Assembly: GCA_051530055.1 (NCBI GenBank)
Contig: CM121342.1
Coordinates: forward strand, 10,989,480-11,053,479
Length of the DNA: 64,000 nucleotides
Direction of reading: 5' to 3'
Source: Neoechinorhynchus agilis
Taxonomy: Eukaryota > Animalia > Acanthocephala
Shown: positions 58,501 to 64,000 of the stretch, one piece after another
Numbering within the stretch: position 1 is the stretch's first letter
How the letters are laid out: every line of letters starts with the position of its first letter
Program-made: the position numbers and the translations under genes
Notes under the pieces: generated by a model
Databases searched by the model: none
The model's input: the letters and a program-made list of their open reading frames with translations, nothing else
What the model was told of the DNA's origin: nothing

Positions 58501-61200
58501 AATGTCTGATAGCAGTTTTATTTCTAACAGTTGGAGAAAAAACATTATCCTTAACTTTTCATCTCTTATCGCGATGGCTGAATGCAACTATTTGGTTGGA
58601 TGAAGCAATAATGAAGCACTTAGCCGATATTTCATCATTCGCAATGAGTATTATTGTGCAATTTTTAACGCTTGCAGCTTTTCGTTTCAGCTCGATTTAT
58701 ATTGTGGATATGGGTTTTAAGGCATTCAATGAATTTAAGCACCAATCGAACCAATACACCGCAATGTTCTGATTGCAGGGAGGCCATTTTTAATAGACTA
58801 ATTTTATGATCAGAAATCAAGAATATTTTTAAAATATAAGAACCGGGAATTCCCGAGCTATTTGAGGTAATCATTTTGTTTCTACACCTTACTGCTTACA
58901 TTGGACTGTTTAAATAATCAGTAAATAATTTACAATAACAAAGAAAGCACGGCCCAGAAACTACCGATCCTCATATACGATATCCTCACATTTCCATGAA
59001 GCACGATTAGTGTGCAAGTAGAAATTTGCTTTCCATTTTTCAACCCGAAAATCTCTAGATCGTGATTTTGCTGACCGATTTTATTCTTATTGATTTTTCT
59101 AAAAAAACATAGGACAAGCAACTTCTGTTCTTCACATTAGGTCGAAAAAAGGGGCATGTACCACATAAATTTTTGCAATTTAAAGTTAGTTCGAATATTG
59201 CAGATACTCACCATTAAAAATGATTCAGTCTAGTAAAACTTTGAGACAATCTTAAACACATTGCACTGTTCCCTAACAAACGAATGAGCGTCAAAAATTA
59301 AGTCCTCTTTTAAGAAGTATTCTTTAGTTTATAGTATCGTAATGTTACAACGACCATGTCAAGCATGAAAAGTTCAACGAGGAAATAGAGAAACTGTTTT
59401 CATATGGTCATCGGAAAAATTCATTAATGTAGGAATTGTCGGAGACCCCAGATGGAATCAAATGTAGTCCACTGAAAATTTCATGATATTATATTCTTGA
59501 AATGGACTTCAACTTTGTGATATTCTTAACACGTAAGTTCTAACCTGGAGTCTTTGTTTGTATCGACGATAAACTCGCACACACTTTCAATCGATCGCAT
59601 GGGGCGAAAAATGTTTCAGTGGCCATAAAATAGGTTCTACGGCGCTGATTTTGGAACTACTGCGTCCGAGATCTTTCCCACACGAAGCCTGCAGTAGTCA
59701 CAGAAACAGAACTCAACCGCATAATGAAACAACTACTGTAGCTCTTCTAGTTTTAGATTTATGATAACTAAGTGCCCTTAAGATTCCTCTGCAAATAGTA
59801 CTGCTTTTTATTTTTGCAGCATTTGCTGATCTATGGACTTTCTAGGAAGATCTAGCATGTCTTTTGCTACATTCACTACTTGAATTTTGAAGGATTCTCA
59901 AAAGATTTAAAAGCACTTGAATTCCATAATCAACTATTATTTTGTCGAAATTCCGTATATGTAAGCAACTAGAATTCAAAAGCAAAAGAAAAGTGTCGTG
60001 CTTAGCACAAAGGCGCTCTACTACGTTTAATAGTTTATCAAGTCACCAATTTCTTTGCCAACGAGGAGGAATAAACGAAACTTAAGGGCTCGGAAATCAG
60101 TGGTTTTACATTTTGCTGCTGGATTGTTTTAGCACGATTGTTCAATTTTTAATCTATGTATTGGCAACTGAGCCTCAGATGTTTTTTACTTCAGTAATTG
60201 GGGCGGGAGTAGAGCTTAAACATTCTTAGTATATCATTTGTTTCACGAGTAAAAGCCTTCAGGTATACTTCATGAGCACGGAATAAAATCTGAGATAGCC
60301 ATATTAATTGGTCCGTTTTTAATCCACAAATTTTGGCGATTTGTTTTAAGTATCATTTAAGGCTTAGCCAATGACTGTTAGCAATTTTGTATGGTGATAT
60401 TTTTATTCTTGTAAATGGATATATCAAAATAATTCTTCAGAAAGATGATTGAATCGCCGTAGACATCTTTAAACACAATTGGAGAAATCTATTAATCATG
60501 TTTAAGATACTTAACCTTTTCAATGCCTTCGTCCTCTTGTAAAATGCATTTGTCGCTTCGATTTAGAACGTGTCGTAAAGACCTACTTACATTCTGCTTA
60601 AAACATCCCTTTGTTTTTAGCACAATTAATTTTATATTTTACTAAGCATCTTTATCTTTTCAAAATTTCTATCAGTTTATGGATAGTAACCAAGTCGTAC
60701 ACAGCAATTCATAAGGTTTTATTTTTGTATCATTTTGACTTCTAAAAAGCTCCATTTTTTTCGTTGATAACTAAACAAGACCAGTGAAGTGTTTGAAATT
60801 GAGATTACTTAATCATGGAATCCTCATTATTTGCTAGTTTTGAGGTGAATTTTATCCCAGCAAAGACATTATATCAAATTAAGAAAAAAGCAAACTTCAA
60901 CTGGTGCATTTTTGTTTTAAATTATTGACTTCTCACCATATTTTTCACGGTTGCTTTTTGATTACACTGGTTGATTATTTTTGCTTAAGCAGTTATTTAC
61001 TTTGGGAAAGGAGCTACGTTGATTTTGGAGCACATTATATCTAGGATTGCTATTTTGAATCGATTTGTTTTAATGCTACTCAGTTCTTGTAATTCATAAA
61101 ACTGATCAATACTGTTGAAGGTTTGCAGAAAACATTTCTCTGTTTAATTAGTACAAGCAACAATAAATTAAGTTGTACCCGGTCGCAATGCCCTTTCTAG

Positions 61201-63467
61201 ATGAATTGCCCTGGAACCCGCTTTTACGTTGGCTCAAGCGAAAGTCTGAACGATCACGATGAAGATTTGGATGCGATGCAAAGTCATATAGATTTTCCCG
61301 AAAGGCAGGAACGTGATACAAATCTGTGGACCCTTACTGAAAATAGAGAAGGTCGGTTTTTATTAGGCTATGCTTTGACTTGAACCTATATTTTTGCTGA
61401 AAAATATCATTTCGCAGTTCAGAAATGAGTCCTTTCCGTGGAAATTTGAACATACATTTCCCTTTTTTGCTCTTTAGATTCTAAAACAATTCCTAATGCT
61501 AGCACGTCGAACCAACAACGTGGATCAATAAATCTAAGCACAACTGAGGATTCATCACCGCTTTTTATTGAATTAATTGAGCTCGAAGAATATGGTCCAG
61601 ATGAGTATGAATGGACGGAAAGAGCAAGATGGATACGATATGAAGAGGACTGTGATAACAAATTTAATTCGTGGGATTCTCCGCACATTTCTGTCGATTC
61701 TCATGAAAACATGATGATGCTCAAGCATAGACTTATATCAGGTTTGTACATTTCAACTTTCTACTTACCGATACAATCAACCATGTCAAAAAAGGGGTGA
61801 TAATCCTGGATATGCACGCGGATAACATGCGAGACGTGTTCAACCAATTGGCTACAAGCTTTATTGAAATCGGTCTTTTGGCAAAGGAAAATAAGCAGAA
61901 TTTTGTAGATTGTCTTCTACTTCCGCATCGACATCAACGTCCTTTGATTCAACCACGAAAATCAGTTGTCAACATGCCCGGGTTTAAGAACCTTTTAAAA
62001 CGGTCGAGTAATGTTATGCCGGACGTAAAGCAGGTCGCGGCGCCATCAACTCCGTCTTCACTTGCATGTGTCCGAAATGCGAATTCCTTTTTAACCGTCC
62101 CAAAATTGAGGCAAATGACAGGAACACCTAGTGCTGCTGAACTTAGCATTGGCAATCAAATTCCTATGGAACGAATTCCGTACCGATCGTCCTCGATATT
62201 TACGGATATGCAACTTAGAGCATCGATTGTTGGGAATTTCGATCGAAAAGGTGAAGAAGAGATGGTAAAAAGACTTTCCTCGTCGACCGAAGCTCTCATT
62301 GTTCTCACCGGTCGGCCTAGTTTTGTAGCGAGGCCTCTGACGGCGTTCATAAGATTACAATCTGTAAAAGTTCAAGGTACTGTTTTTTCTGATACTTGAA
62401 TTTTGTTTTAAATATAACTCAATCACAGAGCAGGTTATCGAATTGCCTATTCCTCTGAGATTCATGTTTATCCATTTTGATTCAAATGAGGAGAAATTTC
62501 GGTACCATACAATCGGTAGATCAATGTGCGTCTTAATGAATAATCAGGTTCGTATCTTAGTGTATTGTTTAATTTTAAACAATGGAAATTTGCTAGCATT
62601 TCCTGGTTTTCTTAAATCATTGTGCTCGAAAAAGTAGAGGCTCTTACACTCTTGCCACAGGCACTCTAGAATAAGGCTATCCAATATACCGATAAAATAT
62701 AAATTTACTAAAAGATGCCTAATGATCAAATTTCGAGAACCTTTGTAATTTCTGGGTTAAAACTTTTCGTTTATTTTCATAAGCGATGAATAGGAATACA
62801 AAACAATGGCAACAAAGACACGTTTGAGGAGTGCCATTATTGACGGGATACAGAAGTTCATTTCGTCATGTATTCTTGTTCCTTCTAACATAAAACTCGA
62901 TGTAAAGGATGAGAATAAGGTTCACCGACTCGCTGATGATCTTATACAGTATATGAACGTAATTAAAAATCGTCAAACGATCAGGCCAGTTCTTTATAAC
63001 GAAGGTGATTTGCTTTCGTATATTTTTACTTTCAACGGTACTTTAAATAGACGAATATGTTCTGCCTGATGATTTGAAAGTTGATAAACCTTTCAGACCA
63101 TTCGAAAGACGTAAATCATTATTCTATGGTGTCAGTATGGAAGTTCAATTGCTCGGAAAATACTATTGGAAAAGTATCAACAGTGCTTTCAATTGGACCT
63201 GTCTGCTTTGTGTCTTTACAATGTTCATCACATGTCTCGTTCCAACGATAACGTTTGGTGCCATTTTAGGTAAGTAGAACTAAATAGATTCAATGTAGAG
63301 ATTTTCGCAAACTTATAGCCGAAGCGACTGATCAAATGCTTGACGTTAAAAAGATGCTGCTAGCCACTTCAATGAATGGAATGCTGTTCAGCGCACTATC
63401 GGGGCAACCTCTGCTCATTCTAGGCCCAACTGGTCCAATGCTCATTATTGAAGAATTCATTCTCGAG
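61201..63467 (+). CDS. SLC4A: SLC4 bicarbonate/anion transporter, 5' part; gene continues past the window
   Basis: LFIEL.EL, EWTERARWIRYEED, AFIRLQ, PIPLRFMFI, YHTIGRS, PTITFGAIL, SGQPLLILGPTGP. Confidence 0.92.
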
Positions 63468-63644
63468 GTAAGCTCGAAAGCAGTGTTTATGGGTACCTAG
63501 CTTTATGAGACCCATTCTAATCCTTTGCAAAATCGCTAAATTTATGTATATTGTTTTTAAAATCCTTATTGTTTGTGATTCTAGAAGGGATTAAAAGGCC
63601 AAAAATGCGCAGTCTTTCCTAAAGCGGAGCACGGACTATAAGTT

Positions 63645-63940
63645 TTTCCAGTTATGTTTCTGATAATTTTCGAAAAAGACCCAAATCAATTCTGTAGTTT
63701 TAGCATACACTGAATGCTGACTTGAAAGTGACAGAAAAATCTCGTTGGCGTTCAAAGATTTTTGAGCACCAGTGGTATCTGCACTGTCGTAAGTATTTTC
63801 CAGTTATGTTTCTGATAATTTTCGAAAAAGACCCAAGTCAATTCTGTAGTTTTAGCATGCACTGAATGCTGACTTGAAAGTGACAGAAAAATCTCGTTGG
63901 CGTTCAAAGATTTTTGAGCACTAGTGGTATCTGCACTGTC
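63645..63940. repeat. Tandem duplication, unit 152 bp, 2 copies (SLC4 intron)
   Basis: CCAGTTATGTTTCTG at 63648 and 63800. Confidence 0.9.
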
Positions 63941-64000
63941 GAGCAATAGTAATCCGCATGATTTGTTTCACTGAGCAATTTCGCTGTAATATATTCAAGA

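Noticed and set aside
55700-61100. Gene-free AT-rich region with short ORFs
   Set aside because: No supported gene or element; probably old TE debris.
1-64000. CRISPR arrays, rRNA, snRNA, SL RNA, telomeric repeats, DNA transposase
   Set aside because: None recognised; no repeat-spacer structure is present.

Overview
AT-rich, gene-dense eukaryotic DNA, most likely from a fast-evolving invertebrate with a compact genome. Most introns are 45-60 nt and one is GC-AG; the species cannot be determined from this window. Recognisable genes: ISCA2, ISCA1, pyruvate dehydrogenase kinase, CC2D1/Lgd, a P2X receptor, a PELP1/Rix1-like protein, a rhodopsin-like GPCR, PPIL1, a short TAF3-like gene, an Emi1/FBXO5-like gene, an SLC34 Na/Pi cotransporter, a pre-SET/SET methyltransferase, a nucleoredoxin-like protein, the 5' part of an SLC4 transporter and two orphan genes. 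Between them lie seven pieces of CRE-clade RLE retrotransposons, three Penelope-like elements (PLEs), a tRNA-derived SINE family and about a dozen foldback (palindromic) elements. Four main observations: (1) ISCA2 and ISCA1 overlap on the same strand by 40 nt, with the ISCA1 presequence written over the ISCA2 CxC motif; (2) about a dozen minimal type I hammerhead ribozyme motifs, several with a compensatory U3-A8 core and some sitting in the arms or loops of foldbacks; (3) three genes (PDK, P2X, nucleoredoxin) in which the same protein segment appears to be encoded on both sides of one intron; (4) convergent genes with overlapping stop codons. All homology calls are by eye from motifs; no searches were run, and TE boundaries are approximate.
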